The notes under the pieces were generated by a model that worked only from the letters and a program-made list of their open reading frames with translations, did not search any database and had not been told where the DNA came from. From Vicinamibacterales bacterium (GTDB lineage Bacteria; Acidobacteriota; Vicinamibacteria; Vicinamibacterales; SCN-69-37), in contig JAWKHR010000036.1 in NCBI GenBank assembly GCA_041394725.1, positions 996 through 64,995 of the forward strand: 64,000 bases of DNA. The letters are read 5' to 3'. The position numbers and the translations under genes are program-made. This document shows, piece after piece, positions 55,047-64,000 of the stretch (positions are counted from its first letter, which is position 1; each line of letters begins with the position of its first letter).

Positions 55047-56408
55047 CTACGTCCGCCCCCCGCCCAGCTTGAACACGTGGTCGTGCGGCGTCTTGATCGC
55101 GTTGCGCGAGTCCACGACCAGCCGGGCCTGCCGGACGATCGCGTCGTAGTCGAACACCTTGTGATCGGTGACGATGACGACGCAGTCGGCCGCGGCGAGG
55201 GCGGCCTCGTCGAGCGGGACCGAGGCGAGGTCGTGGTCGCCGGGCCAGTCGCGCGCGGCGATGTGGGCGGCGTACGGGTCGTGGTAGCTCACGCGCGCGC
55301 CCTTCTTCTCGAGCGCGGCCATGATGTCGAGCGCGGGCGACTCGCGCAGGTCCTCGATGTCGCGCTTGTACGACACGCCCAGCACCAGCACCGACGAGCC
55401 GCGCACGGCCTTGCTCTGCGTGTTCAGCGCGTCGGCGATCTTGTCCACCACATGGTGCGGCATCGCGCCGTTGATCTGGCCCGCCAGCTCGATGAACCGC
55501 GCCTCGAAGCCGACCTCCTTCACCTTCCACGAGAGGTAGAACGGGTCGATCGGGATGCAGTGCCCGCCGAGGCCGGGGCCCGGGTAGAACGGCATGAACC
55601 CGAACGGCTTGGTCGCCGCCGCGTCCACGACCTCCCAGACCGAGAGGCCCAGCCGATCGCACATCATCGCCAGTTCGTTGACGAGGCCGATGTTGACCGC
55701 GCGGAAGGTGTTCTCGAGCAGCTTGACCATCTCGGCCACGCGCGGCGAGCTGACCTCGACGACGGTCTCGATCGAGGCGGCGTAGAGCGCCTTCGCCAGG
55801 CGCGTGCACTCGGGGGTCAGGCCGCCCACGACCTTCGGCACATTGCGCGTGTGCCACCGCTCGTTGCCGGGATCCACCCGCTCGGGCGAGAACGCCAGGT
55901 GAAAGTCGCGCCCGGCCACCAGGCCGCCCCGCTCGAGTATCGGACGGACGACTTCGTCCGTAGTACCCGGGTAGGTGGTCGACTCGAGGATGACGAGCTG
56001 GCCACGCCGCAGGTGCTCCGCCACGGTCTCGACGGCCGAGACGACGTAGGAGAGGTCCGGGTCCTTGGTCTTGCGGAGCGGCGTCGGCACGCAGATGTTG
56101 ATCGTGTCGAGGTCGGCCAGGACGCCGGTGTCGGTCGTCGCGTGCAGGCGGCCCGCGGCCCGGAGCTCGGCGACGTCGGCGGTCGGGACGTCCCGGATGT
56201 AGGACTCGCCGCGCGCGATGGCGGCCACCTTCGCGGCGTCGAGCTCGATCCCGGTGGCGTCGAAGCCGGCCCGGGCCAGCTCGACGAGGAGCGGCAGGCC
56301 GACGTAGCCCAGGCCGACCACGCCGACGCGGGCGGTCCGGCGATCGAGCCGGTCGAGCAGGGCGGTGGACGGGGTCTCGGTCACGGAAGGCCGGGTCGGC
56401 TGGGTCAT
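55047..56408 (-). CDS. Nucleotide-sugar dehydrogenase (UDP-N-acetyl-hexosamine dehydrogenase-like)
   Basis: [12 protein letters not shown] Rossmann motif and the catalytic GGHCIPIDP motif. Confidence 0.85.
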   Translation of the reverse strand: MTQPTRPSVTETPSTALLDRLDRRTARVGVVGLGYVGLPLLVELARAGFDATGIELDAAKVAAIARGESYIRDVPTADVAELRAAGRLHATTDTGVLADLDTINICVPTPLRKTKDPDLSYVVSAVETVAEHLRRGQLVILESTTYPGTTDEVVRPILERGGLVAGRDFHLAFSPERVDPGNERWHTRNVPKVVGGLTPECTRLAKALYAASIETVVEVSSPRVAEMVKLLENTFRAVNIGLVNELAMMCDRLGLSVWEVVDAAATKPFGFMPFYPGPGLGGHCIPIDPFYLSWKVKEVGFEARFIELAGQINGAMPHHVVDKIADALNTQSKAVRGSSVLVLGVSYKRDIEDLRESPALDIMAALEKKGARVSYHDPYAAHIAARDWPGDHDLASVPLDEAALAAADCVVIVTDHKVFDYDAIVRQARLVVDSRNAIKTPHDHVFKLGGGRT

Positions 56409-56543
56409 GGCGAATCGCGGTGTAACGCGCGGCGCCCCACGGGCATCCAACGCGACAGCCGCTCATTATCGCACCCGCGGCGGGCTCGCGGCGCGCGGTG
56501 TGGTGTAATTGGAGTGGAACAGCCGACCGACAACGGGGGAGAC

Positions 56544-57509
56544 ATGCTGACGCGCACCAAGAAGCCCTGGGACCTGCCGTACTCGGACGTCACGCCCGAG
56601 CGCGTGTATCAGAACCGCCGCGAGTTCCTTCGCGTCGCCGGCATCGGCTCACTCGGCCTGGCGGCCGGATCGATCCTCTCGGCCTGCGAGGCCACCCCCG
56701 CCGCCGCGCAGGGCACGCTGACCTACACGCGCAACGCGGCGCTCTCGGTCTCCGACGAGCCCAACACCTGGGAACAGCTCACCACCTACAACAACTACTA
56801 CGAGTTCGGCACCGGCAAGAGCGACCCGGCGGCCAACGCCCACACGCTCACGCCGAAGCCCTGGACCGTGAAGATCGACGGCGAGGTCGCCAAGCCGGGC
56901 GACTACAGCTATGACGACCTGGTCAAGCCGGAGGCGCTCGAGGAGCGGGTCTATCGCTTCCGCTGCGTCGAGGCGTGGTCGGCGGTGATTCCGTGGGTCG
57001 GCTTCCCGCTGGCGAACCTGCTCAAGCGCGTCGAGCCGACGTCGAAGGCCAAGTACGTCGCCTTCCAGACGCTCCTGCGGCCGAGCGAGATGCCCGGGCA
57101 GCGCACGAGCGTGCTCGAGTGGCCGTATCTCGAGGGGCTGCGTCTCGACGAGGCGATGCACCCGCTGGCGCTCATGACCGTCGGCCTCTACGGCAAGGAA
57201 CTGCCGAACCAGAACGGCGCGCCGATCCGGCTCATCGTGCCGTGGAAGTACGGCTTCAAGAGCATCAAGTCGATCGTGCGGATCAGCCTCGTCGAGAAAC
57301 AGCCGCCGACGGCGTGGAACACGGCGACGCCGTCCGAATACGGCTTCTACTCGAACGTCAACCCGACGGTCGATCACCCGCGATGGAGCCAGGCGCGTGA
57401 GCGCCCCCTCGGCGGCTTCCTCAAGAACAAGCCCACGCTGATGTTCAACGGCTACGGCGACCAGGTCGCGAGCCTGTACGCCGGCATGGACCTGCGCAAG
57501 TACTACTGA
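56544..57509 (+). CDS. msrP: Protein-methionine-sulfoxide reductase catalytic subunit MsrP (YedY)
   Basis: Tat-like signal (RREFLRVAG), [17 protein letters not shown] and [18 protein letters not shown] motifs. GGGGGAG RBS. Confidence 0.9.
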   Translation: MLTRTKKPWDLPYSDVTPERVYQNRREFLRVAGIGSLGLAAGSILSACEATPAAAQGTLTYTRNAALSVSDEPNTWEQLTTYNNYYEFGTGKSDPAANAHTLTPKPWTVKIDGEVAKPGDYSYDDLVKPEALEERVYRFRCVEAWSAVIPWVGFPLANLLKRVEPTSKAKYVAFQTLLRPSEMPGQRTSVLEWPYLEGLRLDEAMHPLALMTVGLYGKELPNQNGAPIRLIVPWKYGFKSIKSIVRISLVEKQPPTAWNTATPSEYGFYSNVNPTVDHPRWSQARERPLGGFLKNKPTLMFNGYGDQVASLYAGMDLRKYY

Positions 57510-58183
57510 TGGCCGCGCGGCTCTGGCGGGGGCTGGGCACCGTCCTCGCGGCGATCGCCAACTGGCGGTTCTTCAAGCCCGTCGTCTTCGTGGCCTGCCT
57601 CGCGCCGGGCGTCCTGCTGCTGTGGGACGTCTACGAGGGCGACCTCGGCGTGGACCCGGTGAAGACGCTGCTGCACGAGACGGGCGAGACCGCGCTCGCG
57701 ATCCTGCTCCTCAGTCTCACGGTCACGCCGATCCGCCGGCTCTTCCGCGTCACGAAGGTCCAGCTCGTCCGCCGGATGCTGGGCCTGTGGGCATTCTTCT
57801 ACGCGCTGGTCCACCTGTCGATGTACCTGGTCTTCGACCAGCTGTGCTATTCGCTCGCCACGTGCGACTTCGAGACGATCTGGAAGGACATCCTGCTGCG
57901 ACGGTTCATCTTCGTCGGGCAGCTCGCGTTCGTCATCCTCCTGGCGCTCGCGCTGACGTCCACCAAGGGCTGGCAGCGTCGGCTCGGGCGCAACTGGACG
58001 CGCCTGCACCGGCTCGTCTACGTGGCGGCCGGCGCCGGGGTCGTGCACTTCATCTGGATCCAGAAGGCCGACATCAGCGAGCCGCTCAAGTGGGCGTGCT
58101 GGCTGCTCGTCCTGCTCGCCATCCGTGCCGGCTATGCGATTCGCGGCCGCCTGGCGCGGTCGCGGGCGGCCGTAACTGCATGA
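57509..58183 (+). CDS. msrQ: Heme-binding membrane subunit MsrQ (YedZ)
   Basis: Six TM helices with conserved His (LHETGE, ALVHLSMY, LHRLVY). The ATG overlaps the msrP stop. Confidence 0.85.
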   Translation: MAARLWRGLGTVLAAIANWRFFKPVVFVACLAPGVLLLWDVYEGDLGVDPVKTLLHETGETALAILLLSLTVTPIRRLFRVTKVQLVRRMLGLWAFFYALVHLSMYLVFDQLCYSLATCDFETIWKDILLRRFIFVGQLAFVILLALALTSTKGWQRRLGRNWTRLHRLVYVAAGAGVVHFIWIQKADISEPLKWACWLLVLLAIRAGYAIRGRLARSRAAVTA

Positions 58184-58196
58184 GCTGAAACCGGAT

Positions 58197-58217
58197 CCGG
58201 GCCCGAGGCGGGCCCGG
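58197..58217 (+). terminator. GC-rich hairpin CCGGGCCCG-agg-CGGGCCCGG after msrQ
   Basis: 9-bp perfect stem 14 nt after the stop codon, with no T-tract. Confidence 0.4.
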
Positions 58218-58412
58218 AAGTCCTGCCAGTTCGCGCCCCGAATCTGCCCCTTCAGCCGCCGATCGCGCCAGTTACCGACAATTTTGTGTACTTCCCCGGA
58301 CCGCCCCCCTATTCTCGTTGTGTCGCCGGGCGAGGTGTGCCTGGCCATGGGACGGTCCGCCGGTGAGCGGCCGGCCGCCCGGACGAGTGGTTTTCCTAGC
58401 CGAGTGAACCCG

Positions 58413-60479
<2,067 letters not shown>

Positions 60480-60494
60480 GTTTCACCGCGAGGG

Positions 60495-60543
60495 AACACA
60501 CGACGGGCCGGGCGGCCTCGCGCCGCCCGGCCCGTCGTGTGTT
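60495..60543 (+). terminator. 22-bp perfect GC-rich hairpin immediately after the radical SAM gene
   Basis: AACACACGACGGGCCGGGCGGC-ctcgc-GCCGCCCGGCCCGTCGTGTGTT starts 16 nt after the TAG. Confidence 0.6.
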
Positions 60544-60575
60544 GAGGGGCGAGCCGGCGCCCGGGGCCGCCGGGT

Positions 60576-60876
60576 GAAGAAGGGCATGAAGAAGGCATCG
60601 CTCGCTGCGTCTGGCGCCGGTTCCTTTGACATGAAGGGGCAGAAGGGATTGAAGGCCATGAAGGGCGCCGCCCCTCGGTCACCCGGGCCGGCGGGCAGGC
60701 CCGCCGGCCGGCCGTGAGCCGGCCGTGAGGGAGCGGGAAGTCGCGCGGACGAGCAAGGCCGGGAGGCAACAGGGCCTTGTTCGTCCGCGCGACTCCCGCT
60801 CCCTCACGGCCCGGGTGACGCCGCCGCGGCGCCCCTTCATGAGCTTCAGTGTCTTCATCGTCTTCATGTCGATGAG
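60576..60876. repeat. Composite nested palindrome (outer GAAG-rich arms, inner ~37-bp hairpin at 60723-60809)
   Basis: The inner arms CCGTGAGGGAGCGGGAAGTCGCGCGGACGAGCAAGGCC / GGCCTTGTTCGTCCGCGCGACTCCCGCTCCCTCACGG pair with 2 imperfections. The outer arms CATGAAGGGCGCCGC...GGTCACCCGGGCCG / CGGCCCGGGTGAC...GCGCCCCTTCATG also pair. Confidence 0.75.
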
Positions 60877-60970
60877 GACCAGCGACAGACGCGGCACGCG
60901 ATCGCCCCGACCAGCGACAGACGCGGCGCGATCGCCCCGACCAGCGACAGACGCGGCACGCGATCGCCCT
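60877..60970 (+). repeat. Tandem direct repeat, 3 copies of ~31 nt (GACCAGCGACAGACGCGGCACGCGATCGCCCC)
   Basis: Units at 60877-60908, 60909-60938 and 60939-60970 are head to tail with no spacers. Confidence 0.9.
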
Positions 60971-60985
60971 GACGCCGCGCCACGC

Positions 60986-61014
60986 TTGCAGTCCCCGTCC
61001 TGCCCGGCTAGCAT
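60986..61014 (+). promoter_or_regulatory. Sigma70-like promoter TTGCAG-N17-TAGCAT ending 9 nt before the ATG at 61024
   Basis: The -35 and -10 hexamers have 17-nt spacing. There is no Shine-Dalgarno, which suggests a near-leaderless mRNA. Confidence 0.35.
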
Positions 61015-61023
61015 CCCGGCACC

Positions 61024-62304
61024 ATGACCCACGTCACCTCTTCGCGCCGCCCGGCGGCGGGCCGTCGTCTCGCGCGCATCGGGCTCACGGGCTTCACGGC
61101 CTTCCTCCTGGCGGCGCCTGGGCTCGTCGCGCGACAGGCCGCGGCGCGGGCCGGCGGCGGGGGGCAGGCGGCCGCACAGGCCGCGACGTACTTTCCCGCG
61201 AAGGGCGCCTGGGAACGGCGCGAGCCGGCCGCGCTCGGCCTCGACCGGGCGACGCTCGACGAGGCGATCGCCTTCGCCAACGAGCACCAGAACGGGAACA
61301 CGAAGAACCTCGCCGAGGACATTCCACGAACCTTCGGTCGTGAGGCGCCCTACAACGCGCTCATCGGTCCGACCCGGGAGCGCACCGGCATGAACGGCAT
61401 CGTCATCCGTCACGGCTACGTCGCCGCGACGTGGGGGGACGTGGACCGGGCCGACATGACCTTCAGCGTCACCAAGTCCTTCCTCTCGACGACGGTAGGG
61501 CTGGCGTTCGACCGCGGCCTGATCCGGCACGTGGCCGATCGCGTCGCGCCGTACATGCCCGATGGCGTGGACCTGTTCACGGCCGACCACAACCGCGACA
61601 TCACCTGGGAACACCTGCTGCGCCAGTCGAGCGACTGGTCCGGCACGCTCTGGGGAAAGCCGGACTGGGCGGACCGGCCCGTCGGCAACTCCCCGGCCGA
61701 GTGGGAAGCGCGCGAGATGCACGCGCCAGGGACGTACTACAAGTACAACGACACCCGCGTGAACGTGCTCGCGCTGGCCGCGCTGCACGTCTTCAGGCAG
61801 CCGCTCCCGGAGGTGCTGAAGGCGAACATCATGGACCCGATCGGCGCGTCGGACACCTGGCACTGGGAGGGCTACGAGAACTCCTGGGTCACGATCGACG
61901 GCCGGCGGATGCAGTCGGTCACCGGCGGCGGGCACTGGGGCGGCGGGATGTTCATCAACGCCTGGGACCTGGCGCGCTTCGGGTATCTCTTCCTGAACGA
62001 CGGCCGCTGGAACGACCGGCAGCTCATCTCGAAGACCTGGATCGGCATGGCGCGCACGCCGGGGCCGGCCAACGAGAACTACGGCTACATGAACTGGTTT
62101 CTCAACACCCGACACCCGATCACCAACGGCCGTCCCGCCAGGCAGTCCCTGCCGTCGGCGCCGGTCTCGGCCGTGACGTTCCAGGGCAACGGCGCCAACC
62201 TCGTCTACATCGACTGGGAACACGACCTGGTCGTCGTCGTGCGCTGGATCAGCGGGAACTACGACGGGTTCTTTGCGAAGGTGCTGGAGGCGCTCAGGAC
62301 CTGA
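61024..62304 (+). CDS. Serine hydrolase, beta-lactamase/transpeptidase-like family, secreted
   Basis: SVTKS (SxxK) motif, an N-terminal Arg-rich signal peptide, and a YxN-like motif (YKYND). Confidence 0.75.
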   Translation: MTHVTSSRRPAAGRRLARIGLTGFTAFLLAAPGLVARQAAARAGGGGQAAAQAATYFPAKGAWERREPAALGLDRATLDEAIAFANEHQNGNTKNLAEDIPRTFGREAPYNALIGPTRERTGMNGIVIRHGYVAATWGDVDRADMTFSVTKSFLSTTVGLAFDRGLIRHVADRVAPYMPDGVDLFTADHNRDITWEHLLRQSSDWSGTLWGKPDWADRPVGNSPAEWEAREMHAPGTYYKYNDTRVNVLALAALHVFRQPLPEVLKANIMDPIGASDTWHWEGYENSWVTIDGRRMQSVTGGGHWGGGMFINAWDLARFGYLFLNDGRWNDRQLISKTWIGMARTPGPANENYGYMNWFLNTRHPITNGRPARQSLPSAPVSAVTFQGNGANLVYIDWEHDLVVVVRWISGNYDGFFAKVLEALRT

Positions 62305-62323
62305 GCGCCCCTGGGACCTTCGA

Positions 62324-63349
62324 CTATCCGCCCCGCGTGTGCATCTCCAGGTGGCGGTTGGTTCGCAGGACGCCGATGGGGATGTAGGCGCCGCGGTCGC
62401 GGGTGGCCGCGCGCTCCTCGGCGCCGCGGTCGGCGCGGCCGTGCCAGACGGCGCGGATCAGGTCGAGCATCGTCTCGCGTGACGCGCCGGCCCGCAGCGG
62501 GCGGCGGAGGTCCGTGCCGTGCTGCGCGTAGAGGCAGAGCAGCAGCACGCCGTCGGCCGTGATGCGCGCCCGGTCGCACGTGCGGCAGAACGGCTGCGTC
62601 GTGGACGAGATGATCCCGAACGTCAGGCCGTCGGCCAGCCGGAAGCGGTCGGCCGGCGCGGACGTCGTCTCCTCGACGGCCGTGATCGGGCCGTAGTGAT
62701 CCGACAGCCGGTCGAGCATCTCGCGGCGCGAGACGACCGCGTCGGGCCGCCAGTCGGTGGCGCCGCCGACGTCCATGTACTCGATGAAGCGCACCTCGGC
62801 GCCGATGCCGCGCGCGAACTCGACGAGCGGCACCAGTTCGTCGTCGTTCAGGCCGCGCGTGACGACCGTGTCGAGCTTCAGCCCGGTGAACCCGGCGCGG
62901 CGCGCCGCCTCGAGGCCGGCGAGGACGTCCGGCAGCGCGTCCACGCGGGTCAGGCGCTCGAACCGGGTCCGGTCGAGCGTGTCGAGGCTCACCGTCAGCC
63001 GGTGCAGCCCCGCATCGCGCAGCTCGCCGGCCGCGTCGGTGAGCCGGACGCCGTTGGTGGTCAGGGCGAGGTCGCGGACCCAGGGGCGGCGCGCGAGATC
63101 CGCGACCAGGGTCGGCAGGTCGCGCCGGAGCAGCGGTTCGCCGCCGGTGATGCGGAGGCGGTCCACGCCGATCGCGCCGAACAGGTCGGCGACGCTCGCG
63201 AGTTCCTCGTAGGTCAGGACGTCCTCGCGGGGCAGCCAGAGATATGACTCCTCCGGCATGCAGTAGTGGCAGCGGAGGTTGCACCGGTCGGTGACCGAGA
63301 GTCGCAGGCTGCGCAGCGGGCGTCCGAGCGTGTCGGTCAGTGCGCGCAC
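62324..63349 (-). CDS. moaA: GTP 3',8-cyclase MoaA (radical SAM, molybdenum cofactor biosynthesis)
   Basis: RLSVTDRCNLRCHYCMP cluster motif, ITGGEPLLR, and the C-terminal CRTCDR...C auxiliary cluster. GTG start at 63349. Confidence 0.9.
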   Translation of the reverse strand: MRALTDTLGRPLRSLRLSVTDRCNLRCHYCMPEESYLWLPREDVLTYEELASVADLFGAIGVDRLRITGGEPLLRRDLPTLVADLARRPWVRDLALTTNGVRLTDAAGELRDAGLHRLTVSLDTLDRTRFERLTRVDALPDVLAGLEAARRAGFTGLKLDTVVTRGLNDDELVPLVEFARGIGAEVRFIEYMDVGGATDWRPDAVVSRREMLDRLSDHYGPITAVEETTSAPADRFRLADGLTFGIISSTTQPFCRTCDRARITADGVLLLCLYAQHGTDLRRPLRAGASRETMLDLIRAVWHGRADRGAEERAATRDRGAYIPIGVLRTNRHLEMHTRGG

Positions 63350-63436
63350 CCCTCGATTATGGCACCCGGAGGACCGTCTATAATTCGGCGGACGTCTCGG
63401 GCGGCCGTCCGCCCGCCATTCCCGGGGGATTCCGAC

Positions 63437-64000
63437 ATGCGCAGGCTTCGACTCGTGCTGACGATGGGTGTCGTGCTGGTGGCCGGTGCCGGGCTGCTGG
63501 CGCAGCGCGGCCGCGGCGCCGGGGCGGGAGGACAGGAGACGCCGCCGCTCGACCTGCCGGCCGACTCGCCGCGCGTGGCGGCCTTGAAGACCGAGGCGCT
63601 GGCCGAGGTGGACAAGCTCAAGGACTTCTCGCAGCAGATGGTGGACCAGATCTTCAGCTACGGCGAGCTGGGCTTCCAGGAAGTCGAGACGTCGAACTAC
63701 CTGATCGGCATCCTGAAGCAGAACGGTTTCGCGGTCGAGGAAGGCGTGGCGGGGATCCCGACCGCGTTCATGGCGTCGTGGGGCAGCGGCAAGCCGGTCA
63801 TCGCGCTCGGGTCGGACATCGACGGCATCCCGCAGGCCTCGCAGAAGCCCGGCGTCGCCTATCGCGACCCGCTCGTGCCTGGCGCGCCCGGCCATGGCGA
63901 GGGCCACAACTCGGGCCAGGCGGTCAACGTCACCGCGGCGCTCGTGCTGAAGAAGATCATGGAGCGCGAGGGGATCCCGGGCACGATCCGCATCTGGCCT
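63437..64000 (+). CDS. M20-family amidohydrolase (AbgB-like), 3' end outside the window
   Basis: My own translation from the ATG at 63437 gives a signal peptide, then ...SYGELGFQEVETS...GSDIDGIPQASQKPG...GHGEGHNSGQA...GTIRIWP, open to the window end. It is absent from the ORF track because no stop is reached. Confidence 0.7.
   Translation, partial: MRRLRLVLTMGVVLVAGAGLLAQRGRGAGAGGQETPPLDLPADSPRVAALKTEALAEVDKLKDFSQQMVDQIFSYGELGFQEVETSNYLIGILKQNGFAVEEGVAGIPTAFMASWGSGKPVIALGSDIDGIPQASQKPGVAYRDPLVPGAPGHGEGHNSGQAVNVTAALVLKKIMEREGIPGTIRIWP

Noticed and set aside
60877-60970. Possible CRISPR array.
   Set aside because: The three ~31-nt units are directly adjacent with no spacers, and there are no cas genes in the window. 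It is a plain tandem repeat.
63350-63436. Moco riboswitch upstream of moaA.
   Set aside because: The divergent intergenic region is only 87 nt. It contains one 8-bp hairpin and two -10-like hexamers (TATAAT on the plus strand, CATAAT on the minus strand). It is too short for the Moco RNA motif, and I cannot see its conserved elements.

Overview
Very GC-rich bacterial chromosomal window. The TonB-dependent receptors with CarboxypepD_reg N-termini and the tandem CarboxypepD_reg proteins suggest Acidobacteriota or Gemmatimonadota; this is inference only. I support about 55 protein genes. I saw no rRNA, tRNA, CRISPR array, transposase, integrase or prophage genes.

The dominant theme, from about 10 kb to 35 kb, is phosphate acquisition and polyphosphate metabolism. 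It comprises:
- phoU-pstBAC-pstS, with pstCAB riddled with frameshifts as assembled
- two tandem Tmk-fold kinases, Ppx/GppA, a CHAD protein and SixA
- a TonB receptor plus beta-propeller phytase operon
- a TonB receptor plus beta-helix protein plus lipoprotein operon
- DUF47-Pit, PhoR/PhoB-like regulators and an orphan OmpR-type regulator

A recurring AT-rich direct-repeat motif with 7+4+7 architecture (GTTACAC-N4-KTTACAC) sits in most promoters of this block. It looks like this lineage's Pho box.

Other content includes an imuA-imuB-dnaE2 mutagenesis cassette, msrPQ, moaA, gltA, glgC, a Tes/GDGT-MAS-like radical SAM protein, and assorted oxidoreductases and hydrolases.

Most interesting observations:
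1. The Pho-box-like regulon motif.
2. A peroxiredoxin-like/DsbD-N fusion whose active-site Cys codon is an in-frame TGA followed by a SECIS-like hairpin (candidate selenoprotein).
3. Several families of structured intergenic repeats. One is a long-hairpin family whose ends supply stop codons to convergent genes.
4. Heptanucleotide arrays inserted in frame into dnaE2.
5. A rhomboid homologue with all catalytic positions substituted.
6. Many indels (pstCAB, a leuA-like gene, phytase, imuB) that are either assembly errors or gene decay.

All calls rest on reading the translations and the DNA by eye. No database search was run.
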